From an uncultured Gemmatimonadales bacterium (GTDB lineage Bacteria; Gemmatimonadota; Gemmatimonadetes; Longimicrobiales; Gaopeijiaceae), in NCBI GenBank assembly GCA_963823035.1, contig CAWGKG010000012.1:128001-192000 (forward strand): a stretch of DNA of 64,000 nt, read 5' to 3'. Below, one piece after another: positions 21,035 through 30,115 of this stretch. The translations under genes were made by a program, and so were the position numbers. Below the pieces are notes generated by a model, which saw only the letters and a list, made by a program, of their open reading frames with translations, was not told the origin of the DNA and made no database searches. Each line of letters starts with the position of its first letter. Position 1 is the stretch's first letter.

Positions 21035-21306
21035 GCGCCTACCACCGATGCCCGAAGTGCAACTCGGACCACATGATCGACGGCGGCTACGTTGCGGACG
21101 CACAGGGGCCGCGGGTGATCGTGGGGGTGGACCGGCATCCGGACCAGGGCATCCTGAGCCACGCGGCAAGCACCATGGTGCACGCCAGCGTATGCGGTTC
21201 GTGCGGATTCGTGGAGCTGTACGCCAACCGACCCGAGGAGCTGTACGAGGCTTACCGCCGTGCCGAGCGAATGCCCCGGCTGACCACCCCTCCGCTCCAG
21301 GCCTGA
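21031..21306 (+). CDS. Small zinc-ribbon protein
   Basis: CPKC ... CGSCGFVELY; ATGA overlap with ridA; RBS GAGGAGG. Confidence 0.75.
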   Translation: MSAYHRCPKCNSDHMIDGGYVADAQGPRVIVGVDRHPDQGILSHAASTMVHASVCGSCGFVELYANRPEELYEAYRRAERMPRLTTPPLQA

Positions 21307-21328
21307 CGCCCCGACACCAGGAGCCCCC

Positions 21329-22259
21329 ATCCCGACGCAGGCGGACCGAAGCGGCATCCGGATCGGCATCGACCTCGGCGGCACCAAGATCGAGGGCATT
21401 GCCCTCGGCCCGGCGGGCGAGCAGTTGGCGCGCATCCGGGTGGTCACGCCGAGGAGCTACGAAGCGACGCTCACCGCCCTGGTCGATCTGGTGGCCGGGA
21501 TCGAGAGCGAGGTCGGAGCACGTGCTCCCGTGGGCATCGGCATTCCGGGGACGATCTCGCCGGCCACGGGCACCGTGAAGAACGCGAACTCCACCTGGTT
21601 GATCGGCCACCCGCTCGACCGCGACCTGGCCGCCAGGCTGGACCGTCCGGTGCGCCTCACGAACGACGCCAACTGCTTCGCGCTCTCCGAGGCGAGCGAC
21701 GGAGCCGGGGCGGGCGCGCGGGTCGTCTTCGGCGTCATCCTCGGCACCGGGGTCGGAGGCGGCATCGTCATCGACGGCCGCGCCCTGGTCGGCGCGCAGC
21801 ACATCGCGGGTGAGTGGGGGCACAACGGGCTCCCCTGGCCGACCGCAGAGGAGACGCCGGGCCCCGAGTGCTACTGCGGCCGGAGCGGATGCATCGAGAC
21901 GTTCCTCTCCGGCCCGGCGATGGCGCGCGACCACGCCGAAGCGACGAAGAGACCGTGGAGCACGCACCGCATCGTCGAGGCGATCGCGAAGGGCGACGAG
22001 GGCGCCGTCGCGGCCTACGATCGCTACGTGCAGCGCCTGGGGCGGGGGCTGGCCTCGGTCGTCAACGTGCTCGACCCCGACGTGATCGTGTTGGGCGGAG
22101 GCATGTCCAACCTGCCGGGGCTCGCGGCGGACGCGGAGCGCGCCCTGGCGCCCTGGGTATTCACCGACGCTGTCGGGACTCGGGTCGTTCGGAACCGCCA
22201 CGGCGATTCCAGCGGGGTGCGTGGGGCGGCGTGGCTCTGGCCCGCCGAAGGCAGACTGA
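21329..22259 (+). CDS. ROK family sugar kinase (Mak/fructokinase-like); both ends uncertain
   Basis: IGIDLGGTKIE, NDANCFALSEA, ILGTGVGGG, GEWGH, CYCGRSGCIE, GDSSGVRGAAWLW. No canonical in-frame start before the first motif. The called ORF reads on to 22456, but an off-frame TGA lies at 22257-22259. Confidence 0.9.
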
Positions 22260-22287
22260 GCGCCTCGCGGACGGCGCGCGGGGGCCG

Positions 22288-22605
22288 TCACCCCATCCGC
22301 GGGATCGTCATGTTGTCGAGGAAGAGACGGTCCCTGGACGACAGCGACTTGATGCCGTCCTGGTCCACCACGTCGAGCAGTCGCTGCACCTCGTCGCGAT
22401 TCAGGGGGTGGAGCTTGCGCACGTTGATGCGCCCCCACCGGTCGCGATCCTCCTGATTGCGTACGCCCTGGGACGAATAGTGCGAGTTCGGCGCCTCTAC
22501 GACGCGACGCGCCGCTACACGGCGCTTGCGCCAGCTCCGGTACCAGATCCGGAGCACCACACCCATGCACATGCCCACGATCAGGGATGGAATCCAGGTA
22601 GTCAT
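22288..22605 (-). CDS. Single-TM protein with DUF6576-like C-terminal domain
   Basis: N-terminal TM helix plus EVQRLLDVVDQDGIKSLSSRDRLFLD, resembling the C-terminal tail of some rhomboid proteases. Confidence 0.6.
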   Translation of the reverse strand: MTTWIPSLIVGMCMGVVLRIWYRSWRKRRVAARRVVEAPNSHYSSQGVRNQEDRDRWGRINVRKLHPLNRDEVQRLLDVVDQDGIKSLSSRDRLFLDNMTIPRMG

Positions 22606-22761
22606 ATCCAGTCTACGACGGCCACCAGAATCCGAGCCTGGCGTCCTACCGTCGGACGCCGGGGATCCGGGAGGCCGACCGCCCTCGGTCCGGCGCTCTC
22701 GATCCAAGCTTCATGGTATTAAGACGTTGGGGAGGGGGCAAAGGTTGCAGATTCGGCCCCG

Positions 22762-25263
22762 TCAGGGCCGCGTGGCGCGCGGCCGGAGTCGCTTCGCGGG
22801 CGCATGGAGCCCGAAGAAGACGTGCCCGGAGCCGGCCGCCGCCGGACGCAGCGCCGCCGCCCCGCTCCCACCGTCGTCCCGCACTTCGAGCACCGCGTCG
22901 AACAGCTCGGGACGCGCGTCCACGGCGTCGCCGCGCGTCACCAGGACGATGCGCGGGACCTCGCGCAGCAGCTTCCTGAGCAGGACGAGCGCGCGCATCG
23001 CGCCCTCGGTGTCGAGACGGTCGAAGGGCTCCTCCAGGATGAGCGAGCCCAGCACCTGCCCCCCACCGCTCACCAGGGAAAAGGCGGCCAGGCGCACCGC
23101 CAGCCTCCCCGCCGCCAGGTCCTCCTCCGAGAGAGGGGAGAGGGGGCCGGCGTCACCCTGGAGTTGGGCCGACCCCTCGCTCCACGTCACGGCCAGGATC
23201 CGCCCGCCCGAGATGCGGCCGAGGTAGCGGGACGCCCGAGCCAGGAGCAGCTCGCGGGCGCGCGCCAGCCGCGCGTCGCGCACGCGCAGGAGCGCGGCCA
23301 CGACCGCGCCGATCGGCCCGTCGCTCGGTACCGTCGACACCCCCGATCCCTCCAGATCCGAGAGGCGTGCGCGCAGGAGCTCCACCCTCTCGGACGTCGC
23401 TTCCAGCGCGGCGTGCAGCCGGAGGGCCCTCCCCTCCAGCTCCTGCAGGTGGGACGGCTTCAGCTCGAGCTGCTCCCACCGCCGCTTCCACCAGCTGCCG
23501 TCCTGGACGATGGACTCCCACTCTTCCCCGAGCTCCGCGAGCACGGGGTCGTAGTGGCTCTCGAGCGTCCTGCCGCAGGTGGGGCAGGGCGCCGTGGGCC
23601 CCGCAGACTCCATCTGGTGGATGCGCGCCTTCAACTCGCGCGCCCGGTCGCGGTATGCGTGCAGCGTCGTCTCGGCGTCCTGCCGCTCGCGGTACCAGTC
23701 CATCGTCGACACCTCGAGGTCGCCGTCCGTCTCGGCGGCATCGGCACGGATCGCGCGCAGCTCCCGCTCGGCCGACCGCAACTCCGCGGAGACCAGCTCG
23801 GGATCCACGCGCACCGCGCCCGCCTGGTCGGTGCGCCCTGGCCCCTTCACGGTCGGCTCGGGAATCCCCATGTCCCGCGCTCGCCCCAGGGCGGCCGTGA
23901 CCACGTGGAGGCCGCGCACCTCCGCGACGGCGTCGACCGCCTGGTGCATGGCGCCCTCCAGCGTCTCGGCACCGCGGCCGGCCCACAACCGGCCGATCGG
24001 TCCACCCACGCCGTCCCCCGCCCGCAGGAGCAGCCCCGCGACCGCCCGCCTGGAGCGGCCCGCGCCACCGATCACCGCCGTGAGGCCCCGGCGCACCGAC
24101 ATGCTCACCCGCCCCACCCCTTCCACCTCCCCGTCCACGACTTCGAGCGCGCCGACCGGCTCCGCGGGAAGGGTCGAGACGGCCGCATCCGGCACCAGGG
24201 TTCGTACCAGCTCGTGGACCACGGGACCGTCGTCCCCGTCGCGAACGAGCTCCTCCTCCAGCGCAGCGCGCACGAGCGCCGGGGCGTCGGCGGGCAGCCA
24301 GGACCTGGCGGGGACGTGGGGCTCCCGTCCGGCCTCCACCGCGAGGTGCAGCGCCTCCTGGCGGAGGCCGTGCAGCTGCGCGCCCTGGAGATGCAGGAGG
24401 TGCTCCGGGTCGATCCCCTCCAGCCGGAGCCGTACGATCTTGCCGACGATTCCCCCGGGGACCTCCCTCGTGACCTCGTCCACGCGTCGGCGCAGCCGCT
24501 CGGGGTCGTCCGGTCCGACGCGGATCGGCGCCAGCGCCGCCACCGCTCGTCCAGGGATGGGGTGGAAGGTCGTGGTGCCGCGCTCCAGGTCGACGGTCAG
24601 GAAGCCCTTCTCGTCCGCCGCCTCGTCCCAGGGGTCGAGCGCGACGCGCTCGAGCGAGCCGGAATACTGCAGGTTGGGCGCGACCTGCCTGCGGCGGTGC
24701 TCGCCCCCGAGGGCGACGTAGTCCCAGTCCGCGGGATCGACGAACACTCCGGGCTCGTCGCCCGAGCCCTCCAGGGCGTGGAGCACCAGCAGGTTCCAGC
24801 GCACGCGCGGGTCGGGCTCGGGGTGGAGGGCGGGCTCGCGCACCGTGGCGCGATAGGGCACGAGCGCGGCATGGAGCTGCAGCCGCTCGAGGAGGATCGA
24901 GCGCGGCAGCCCCGCGGCCGCCTCGACGTTGGGGAAGGTGTCGAGCACGGCCAGCGCGCCGGGGTCTCCGGGGCGCCGTGGCGTGTCGCGCGGCCCGGCC
25001 ACCATGAGCACGGGCGTGCGGGCGAGCGACGTACGCAGGAGCTCCAGGCCGCGGGACAGCGCCACCAGAGCACCGGCGGGAGGATCCGGACGGTCGAAGA
25101 CGTCTCCCGCCACCACCACCACGTCCGGGGCGAGGCGCACCAGCTCCTGCACGGCGCGCTCCCACGCGATGGCCACGTCGCGCTCCCGCACGTCGACGCC
25201 ACGCTCCACCCGCCCGTAGGCGCGGAACCCCAGGTGGAGGTCGGACAGGTGCGCGACGATCAC
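22762..25263 (-). CDS. SbcD(Mre11)-SbcC(Rad50) fusion protein with degenerate catalytic motifs and intact zinc hook
   Basis: HLSDLHLG, AGDVFD, AGPRD, LH, LGGEH, YSGSLER, EKGF (SbcD fold); GLTAVIGGAGRSR, CPTCGR hook in coiled coil, LSEED, LILEEPFDRLD, LVTR (Rad50 fold). Confidence 0.85.
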   Translation of the reverse strand: MIVAHLSDLHLGFRAYGRVERGVDVRERDVAIAWERAVQELVRLAPDVVVVAGDVFDRPDPPAGALVALSRGLELLRTSLARTPVLMVAGPRDTPRRPGDPGALAVLDTFPNVEAAAGLPRSILLERLQLHAALVPYRATVREPALHPEPDPRVRWNLLVLHALEGSGDEPGVFVDPADWDYVALGGEHRRRQVAPNLQYSGSLERVALDPWDEAADEKGFLTVDLERGTTTFHPIPGRAVAALAPIRVGPDDPERLRRRVDEVTREVPGGIVGKIVRLRLEGIDPEHLLHLQGAQLHGLRQEALHLAVEAGREPHVPARSWLPADAPALVRAALEEELVRDGDDGPVVHELVRTLVPDAAVSTLPAEPVGALEVVDGEVEGVGRVSMSVRRGLTAVIGGAGRSRRAVAGLLLRAGDGVGGPIGRLWAGRGAETLEGAMHQAVDAVAEVRGLHVVTAALGRARDMGIPEPTVKGPGRTDQAGAVRVDPELVSAELRSAERELRAIRADAAETDGDLEVSTMDWYRERQDAETTLHAYRDRARELKARIHQMESAGPTAPCPTCGRTLESHYDPVLAELGEEWESIVQDGSWWKRRWEQLELKPSHLQELEGRALRLHAALEATSERVELLRARLSDLEGSGVSTVPSDGPIGAVVAALLRVRDARLARARELLLARASRYLGRISGGRILAVTWSEGSAQLQGDAGPLSPLSEEDLAAGRLAVRLAAFSLVSGGGQVLGSLILEEPFDRLDTEGAMRALVLLRKLLREVPRIVLVTRGDAVDARPELFDAVLEVRDDGGSGAAALRPAAAGSGHVFFGLHAPAKRLRPRATRP

Positions 25264-26576
25264 GGCCCGCCGTCCACGTCCAGCTCGAAGCCCTCCACCT
25301 CCGGGAAGGGCGCTGCAGCCCCGGCGGGCCGGGCGGCCAGGAGAACCTCCTCACCGACGAAGCCGAGGCCGGTGAGGGCCTCCGGATAGCCGCGTCGGTA
25401 GGTGGCCACCCGCCAGCCCGCCGGGAACTCCCACGAGCCCGGCTCCGGGGAGACGGGCCCGACGACCATCGCCCCCTCCGGACTCAGGTGCGCGCACAGC
25501 GCGTCGCGGGCACTCCCCGAGAGGGCGGCCAGCCCTCCGAGCACGCCGAACGCGCCCGTGTCGAGGAAGATGAGGTCGTAGGGACCCCCGGGGTGCTGGA
25601 GCTGGTCGTCGAGGTTGCCGACACCCAGGCGCAGGCGCTCCCCGAGCTCTCCCGACAGACCGGTCTCCATGTGCTCACGCCCCAGCTCCAGGACGGTCGC
25701 CGAGCGCTCCGACACCGAGACCCGCACGGTAGGATGCTCGCGCACGGCCGCGCGCGGGAGGGGCGAGGCGCCCCCGCCCACGAGGAGCATCTCGAAGGGG
25801 ACGGCGGTCGACGTCGCGAAGGCGCGGAAAGCGGCGACGTCCCAGGGCGCTCCGTCCTCGACGCCGAGCGCCATCCATCGACGGAGCGACCGACCCTCGA
25901 GCAGCAGCCGGGCCGCGTGGTCGTGCGATGCGAGGTGCCGGTCCTCCACACGGACGTCGCCGACCATCGTGGGGCGACGTGCTCGCACGAGGACGCGCAG
26001 ACGGCTGTCCAGAATGAACCCGAACACCAGGCCTCCCGCCGACAGGAGGACGAGGCACACCATGAGGAGGGAGGCAGGGGTCGGCACACGCGGCAGGAAG
26101 ACCCCCGTCGCCACGATCCCTGCGGCCCCACCCAGGAACGCCGGCGCGCCCACGCTCCCCGGACGGGCGTCCTGCGTCCCGCCCATGGCGGCGCCCATCC
26201 CGCCCAGCACCCCGCCGCAGGCGTAGAGCGGAAGCCCGGCCATGAGCGACAGGCCGAGCCCCTGCCCCAGCGCCGTTCCCCCGAAGTCCGCGAGAAAGGT
26301 CCAGAAGGCGGCGAAGACCGTCGCCACCAGGAACGCGAGGAGGCAGAGCATCCACCGTCGCCGCAGTGCGTCGACCAGGTCGGGTCGCGGTCCGGGGGCG
26401 GACCACAGCCCGACGGCGAGGGCGGCCGCCTCCACCCCGAGGATCGTCGTGATCGAGCGGACGAGCCCCGGGCCCGTGTACAGCAGCAGCCCGAGGGCGA
26501 CCTCCGCCACGGACGCCGCGCAGATGCCCACCACGAAGGCGGGCGCCCACCCGAGCGGGTGCGCGCGGGTGTTCAC
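25260..26576 (-). CDS. Membrane-anchored spermidine-synthase-like (SAM-methyltransferase fold) protein
   Basis: About 7 N-terminal TM helices, then MLLVGGGA, SERSATV, YDLIFLDT, LSPEG; GTGA overlaps with both neighbours. Confidence 0.65.
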   Translation of the reverse strand: MNTRAHPLGWAPAFVVGICAASVAEVALGLLLYTGPGLVRSITTILGVEAAALAVGLWSAPGPRPDLVDALRRRWMLCLLAFLVATVFAAFWTFLADFGGTALGQGLGLSLMAGLPLYACGGVLGGMGAAMGGTQDARPGSVGAPAFLGGAAGIVATGVFLPRVPTPASLLMVCLVLLSAGGLVFGFILDSRLRVLVRARRPTMVGDVRVEDRHLASHDHAARLLLEGRSLRRWMALGVEDGAPWDVAAFRAFATSTAVPFEMLLVGGGASPLPRAAVREHPTVRVSVSERSATVLELGREHMETGLSGELGERLRLGVGNLDDQLQHPGGPYDLIFLDTGAFGVLGGLAALSGSARDALCAHLSPEGAMVVGPVSPEPGSWEFPAGWRVATYRRGYPEALTGLGFVGEEVLLAARPAGAAAPFPEVEGFELDVDGGP

Positions 26577-27052
26577 CGCGGGCTGACCCGGCCGTAGGCG
26601 CCCCGATAGAACACGAGGGCCTCGTCCTCGCCCAGACCCAGCTCCTGCACGCGCCCCACCAGGATCGAGTGGTCGCCGCCCGGATGCACGGCCTCGAGAC
26701 TGCAGGCCAGCCACGCCGCGGCGCCGTCCACCACCGGATTCCCCGCAGGACCCTCGTGCCAGTCGACCTCGAGGAAGCGCACCTCGGCCGGACCGGAGGC
26801 GAAATGGGCGGCGAGGTCCGCCTGGTCCGCGGCGAGGACGCTGATCGCGAAGGATCCGGATTCGAGGAGGCGGTCGTGGGACGACGAGCTGTGCTGCACG
26901 CAGACCAGCACGAGCGGGGGGTCGAGGGAAACCGAACAGAAGGCGTTGACGGTCATGCCACAGGGCGCGGCGGCGCCGTCGAGGGTGGCGACGATCGTCA
27001 CCCCCGTGGGGAAGGCCCCGAGGACCTGTCTGAATGCGAGCGCGTCCTTCAA
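26573..27052 (-). CDS. Flavin reductase family protein (HpaC/RutF-like)
   Basis: FRQVLGAFPTGVTIV, GMTVNAFCSVSLDPPLVLVC, GGDHSILVG, LVFYRGAY; TTG start. Confidence 0.93.
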   Translation of the reverse strand: MKDALAFRQVLGAFPTGVTIVATLDGAAAPCGMTVNAFCSVSLDPPLVLVCVQHSSSSHDRLLESGSFAISVLAADQADLAAHFASGPAEVRFLEVDWHEGPAGNPVVDGAAAWLACSLEAVHPGGDHSILVGRVQELGLGEDEALVFYRGAYGRVSPR

Positions 27053-27267
27053 GTGGACCCCCTGACGACAACGCGGCGGCCCGCCGGTCGGGGCGTGCCG
27101 CCGCGTTCCGATGCGACATCCTCTCCGGAGCCCGGGCCGAGGCCGCCTTTCGGTCTCGCACACCGGCGCGCGCGCGCCGGTGTTGCCCCCCAACATGCGG
27201 TCGCTAGCTTTCCAGGCCCGGCTCGGCACGGGGATTCGACCACCATGCCCCACGAACGAAGGGCGCG

Positions 27268-28254
27268 ATGCGACGGCGCTGGCTCCTTCTCGCGGTGATC
27301 TTAACCGCGCCCTCAGGCTGCGACAACGTAACCTGGGGTGGGACGGAAGTCCGTCTGGAGGCACCGCCGGAGCGGGCCGCAGCCCCCACCGTCGAAGGCG
27401 CCACGGTGGGTGAGGAGGGCCGACCGCTCCCCGAGCTTCCCAAGGGCGCCATCCTCCTCGCCGGCGTCCACGAGGGGGACACGGCGCGCCTGGTCACGGT
27501 AGCCGAGGTGGGCCGGGACGGCCTCGCACCGCTGACGAACGAGACGGATGCGCCCGGGTTCCTCGAGCACTTCGCACGCGTCCGCTTCCCGGCCGGGAAG
27601 GAGCTGATCCTCTTCGCGGACGGGGCCCGCGTCGGGCGGGTGATCGTGACGGGAACCAGCGTGGACGAGAGCTTCTGCGCGCCGAAGCTCTCGGTGCAGG
27701 GTCTGGTCGAGCTGGTTCCCGCCGCCGCGGCGGCGCGTAGGCTGCTCGCCCTCGAGGACACCACTGCGGCGACCCGCGAGTACACGCCCTTCCGGCACCG
27801 GGGCGATGGTCAGGAGGAGCGCGCCGCCGCTCTGGCCATGGCGGGAGCGGCGCTTCCGGAGGTGGGGGCACCCTGGCCGCCCTCCCTCCTCGAGTCACGC
27901 GCGGACGTCCAGGTCTTCCAGCTCCCGGAGAACGAGGGTCCTTCGATCGCGTCGACCTTCCTCTACAACGACCAGCTCGCCGTGGGGGAGGCGGGCGAGC
28001 GAGCCTATGCGCTCTTCGTGATGGGGACGCGGGAGGCGGGCGGCTACGAAGGCGGCTTCACGTGGTATCGGCGTGCCGAGAACGGGAAGGGCGCCCCCCG
28101 CTACTTCGACCACCTGGACTGGGACGGGGACGGCAGGAGCGAAGTGCTTCTCGACGTCCTGGGCACCGGGAGCCGGTGGTTCGCTGGGCTTTCGAGACGG
28201 GGCGACACGTGGGTACGCTCCTTCGAGGATCCCTGCGGCGCGCCGACCGGTTGA
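27268..28254 (+). CDS. Hypothetical lipoprotein
   Basis: MRRRWLLLAVILTAPSGC lipoprotein-like signal; C-terminal DWDGDGRSE FG-GAP-like motif; coupled to the next gene via TGATG. Confidence 0.7.
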   Translation: MRRRWLLLAVILTAPSGCDNVTWGGTEVRLEAPPERAAAPTVEGATVGEEGRPLPELPKGAILLAGVHEGDTARLVTVAEVGRDGLAPLTNETDAPGFLEHFARVRFPAGKELILFADGARVGRVIVTGTSVDESFCAPKLSVQGLVELVPAAAAARRLLALEDTTAATREYTPFRHRGDGQEERAAALAMAGAALPEVGAPWPPSLLESRADVQVFQLPENEGPSIASTFLYNDQLAVGEAGERAYALFVMGTREAGGYEGGFTWYRRAENGKGAPRYFDHLDWDGDGRSEVLLDVLGTGSRWFAGLSRRGDTWVRSFEDPCGAPTG

Positions 28255-29132
28255 TGCCGGCCCCCAGGCCGGTGACCGCGCTCGCCCTTCTTCTCCTTTC
28301 GGCAGCGTGCGGCCCGACATCGGGCCCGCCCGCGAACGATGAGGCGGCGCCGACCGAGGAGGTCCGCACCTTCGAGGACGCGGACGGTCGCGAGGTCCGC
28401 CTCGAGGTCCCCGTCCGACGCGTCGTTTCGCTCGTGCCCTCCGCCACCCTGACGCTCGACGCCATCGGCGCACGCTCCGTGCTGGTGGCACGGACCGACT
28501 ACGACACGGCGTCGTGGACCGCGGACCTTCCCTCCGTGGGCGGAGGACTCGAGCCCAGCCTCGAGACGATCGTCTCCCTCCACCCGGACGTGGTGATTCG
28601 CTTCGGCGGGCCTCAGGACCCCACCACCCCGGCCCGCCTCGACGACCTGGAGGTACCGCAATTCACCATCCGGCCCGACGTCATCGAGGACGTGCTCTCC
28701 ATCGCCGATCTCCTCGGCCGCATGACCGGGCACGAGGAGGGTGCCGACTCGCTCGTCGCCCGCCTCCGCTCCGAGCTGGACGCCGTCCGGGTGCGATGGG
28801 CGGGGACGCCGCCGGTGCGGACGGCGTACGTGATGGGTGGGGACCCGCCATGGGTCGCTGGGTCCGGGACCTACGTGGACGAGCTCATCTCCCTGGCCGG
28901 CGGGGACAACGTCTTCTCCGACCTGGGAACCCTCTACGCCTCCGTGAGCCCGGAGGAGCTGGTGGCACGGGACGTCGACGTGGTGCTCCTGTCGGCTGGG
29001 AGCGCGTTCGATCGGTCGCGGGTGGGCGACGCCCGTGTCGTCGAGGTGGGTGACGTCGTCGGCATCCCGGGCCCCTCGGTCGCGGAGGCCGCGCGCGTGG
29101 TGGCGGGGGCGCTGCACGGCGGAGCGTCGTGA
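28254..29132 (+). CDS. Cobalamin/Fe3+-siderophore ABC transporter substrate-binding lipoprotein (BtuF-like)
   Basis: LSAAC lipobox, RRVVSLVPSAT, PSLETIVSLHPD, AGSGTYVDELISLAGGDNVF, VSPEEL. Confidence 0.88.
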   Translation: MPAPRPVTALALLLLSAACGPTSGPPANDEAAPTEEVRTFEDADGREVRLEVPVRRVVSLVPSATLTLDAIGARSVLVARTDYDTASWTADLPSVGGGLEPSLETIVSLHPDVVIRFGGPQDPTTPARLDDLEVPQFTIRPDVIEDVLSIADLLGRMTGHEEGADSLVARLRSELDAVRVRWAGTPPVRTAYVMGGDPPWVAGSGTYVDELISLAGGDNVFSDLGTLYASVSPEELVARDVDVVLLSAGSAFDRSRVGDARVVEVGDVVGIPGPSVAEAARVVAGALHGGAS

Positions 29133-30115
29133 GCCGCGTCGGCCTCGGCGCGGGCCTTCTCGGACTCCTGGTCGTTTCGGTCGTCCTGGGCGTGCGCTTC
29201 GGGTCCGTGCATCTCACCACCGGGGAGGTCCTCACGGTGCTGGGCGGTGGCGGCCCCGAGGCGCACCGCCAGATCGTCCTCCAGATCCGCTTTCCGCGCG
29301 TCCTGCTCGGCGCGCTGGTGGGCGGAGGCCTCGCGCTCGCCGGCGCCACATTCCAGGCGCTGCTGCGCAACCCACTGGCCGAGCCCTACATCCTCGGCAT
29401 TTCGGGGGGCGCGTCGCTCGGCGCCGTGCTCGTGCTGTCGCTCGGCGTGGGCGCGGCCTCCTGGCCGCTCCCCCTCGCCGCCTTCGCGGGCGCCCTCGTC
29501 GCGATCGTCCTGGTCTTCCGGGTCGCCACCGCCTCCGGGCGCGGGATGGACGTGCGCGTGCTCCTCCTCGCGGGCGTGGTGGTCGGCGCGTTCTTCACGG
29601 CCTGCATCGCCTTCATCCTCTCGATCTCGGAGGCGCGCACCGTCCAGAGCGCCGTGATGTGGATCATGGGCAGCCTGGCCGCAGCGAGCTGGCGGAGCGT
29701 GATCCTGGGCGCGACCTACACCCTGCCGGCGGCTCTCCTCCTTCTCACCCTGGCGAGGCCGCTCAACCTGATGGCCATCGGGGAGGAGACGGCGCACTAC
29801 CTGGGCGCGGACGTGGAGCGCGTCAAGCGGATGGCGCTCGGCCTCGCGGCGCTGCTCACGGCGGCGGGCGTTTCGGTGGCGGGGGTCATCGGCTTCGTGG
29901 GCCTGGTGGTTCCCCATGCGATTCGTCTGCTGGTCGGCTCCGACCACCGTGCGCTGCTCCCCCTCTCCTTCGTGGGCGGCGCGGCGTTCCTGGTCCTGTG
30001 CGACGTGGTCGCGCAGCTGGCGCTCGCGCCGATCCAGGTGCCGGTGGGCGTCATCACGGCCTTCGTTGGCGTGCCACTCTTCCTCTTCCTCCTGCGCAGG
30101 AGCCTCGTTTCGTGA
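29129..30115 (+). CDS. FecCD/BtuC family ABC transporter permease
   Basis: IRFPRV, QALLRNPLAEPYILGISGGA, GEETAHYLG, GVIGFVGLVVPH, PVGVITAFVGVP. Confidence 0.95.
   Translation: MSRVGLGAGLLGLLVVSVVLGVRFGSVHLTTGEVLTVLGGGGPEAHRQIVLQIRFPRVLLGALVGGGLALAGATFQALLRNPLAEPYILGISGGASLGAVLVLSLGVGAASWPLPLAAFAGALVAIVLVFRVATASGRGMDVRVLLLAGVVVGAFFTACIAFILSISEARTVQSAVMWIMGSLAAASWRSVILGATYTLPAALLLLTLARPLNLMAIGEETAHYLGADVERVKRMALGLAALLTAAGVSVAGVIGFVGLVVPHAIRLLVGSDHRALLPLSFVGGAAFLVLCDVVAQLALAPIQVPVGVITAFVGVPLFLFLLRRSLVS

Noticed and set aside
22260..22456. Long convergent overlap between the ROK kinase and the DUF6576-like gene
   Set aside because: ROK homology ends at GAAWLW and an off-frame TGA follows within ~20 nt; read-through is probably an indel artefact.
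19649..25389. Very long alternative-frame ORFs (e.g. 19649..22570, 22804..25389, 23153..25354; similar ones throughout the window)
   Set aside because: Shadow ORFs expected at this GC content; Arg/Pro/Gly-rich with no recognisable motifs and overlapping well-supported genes.
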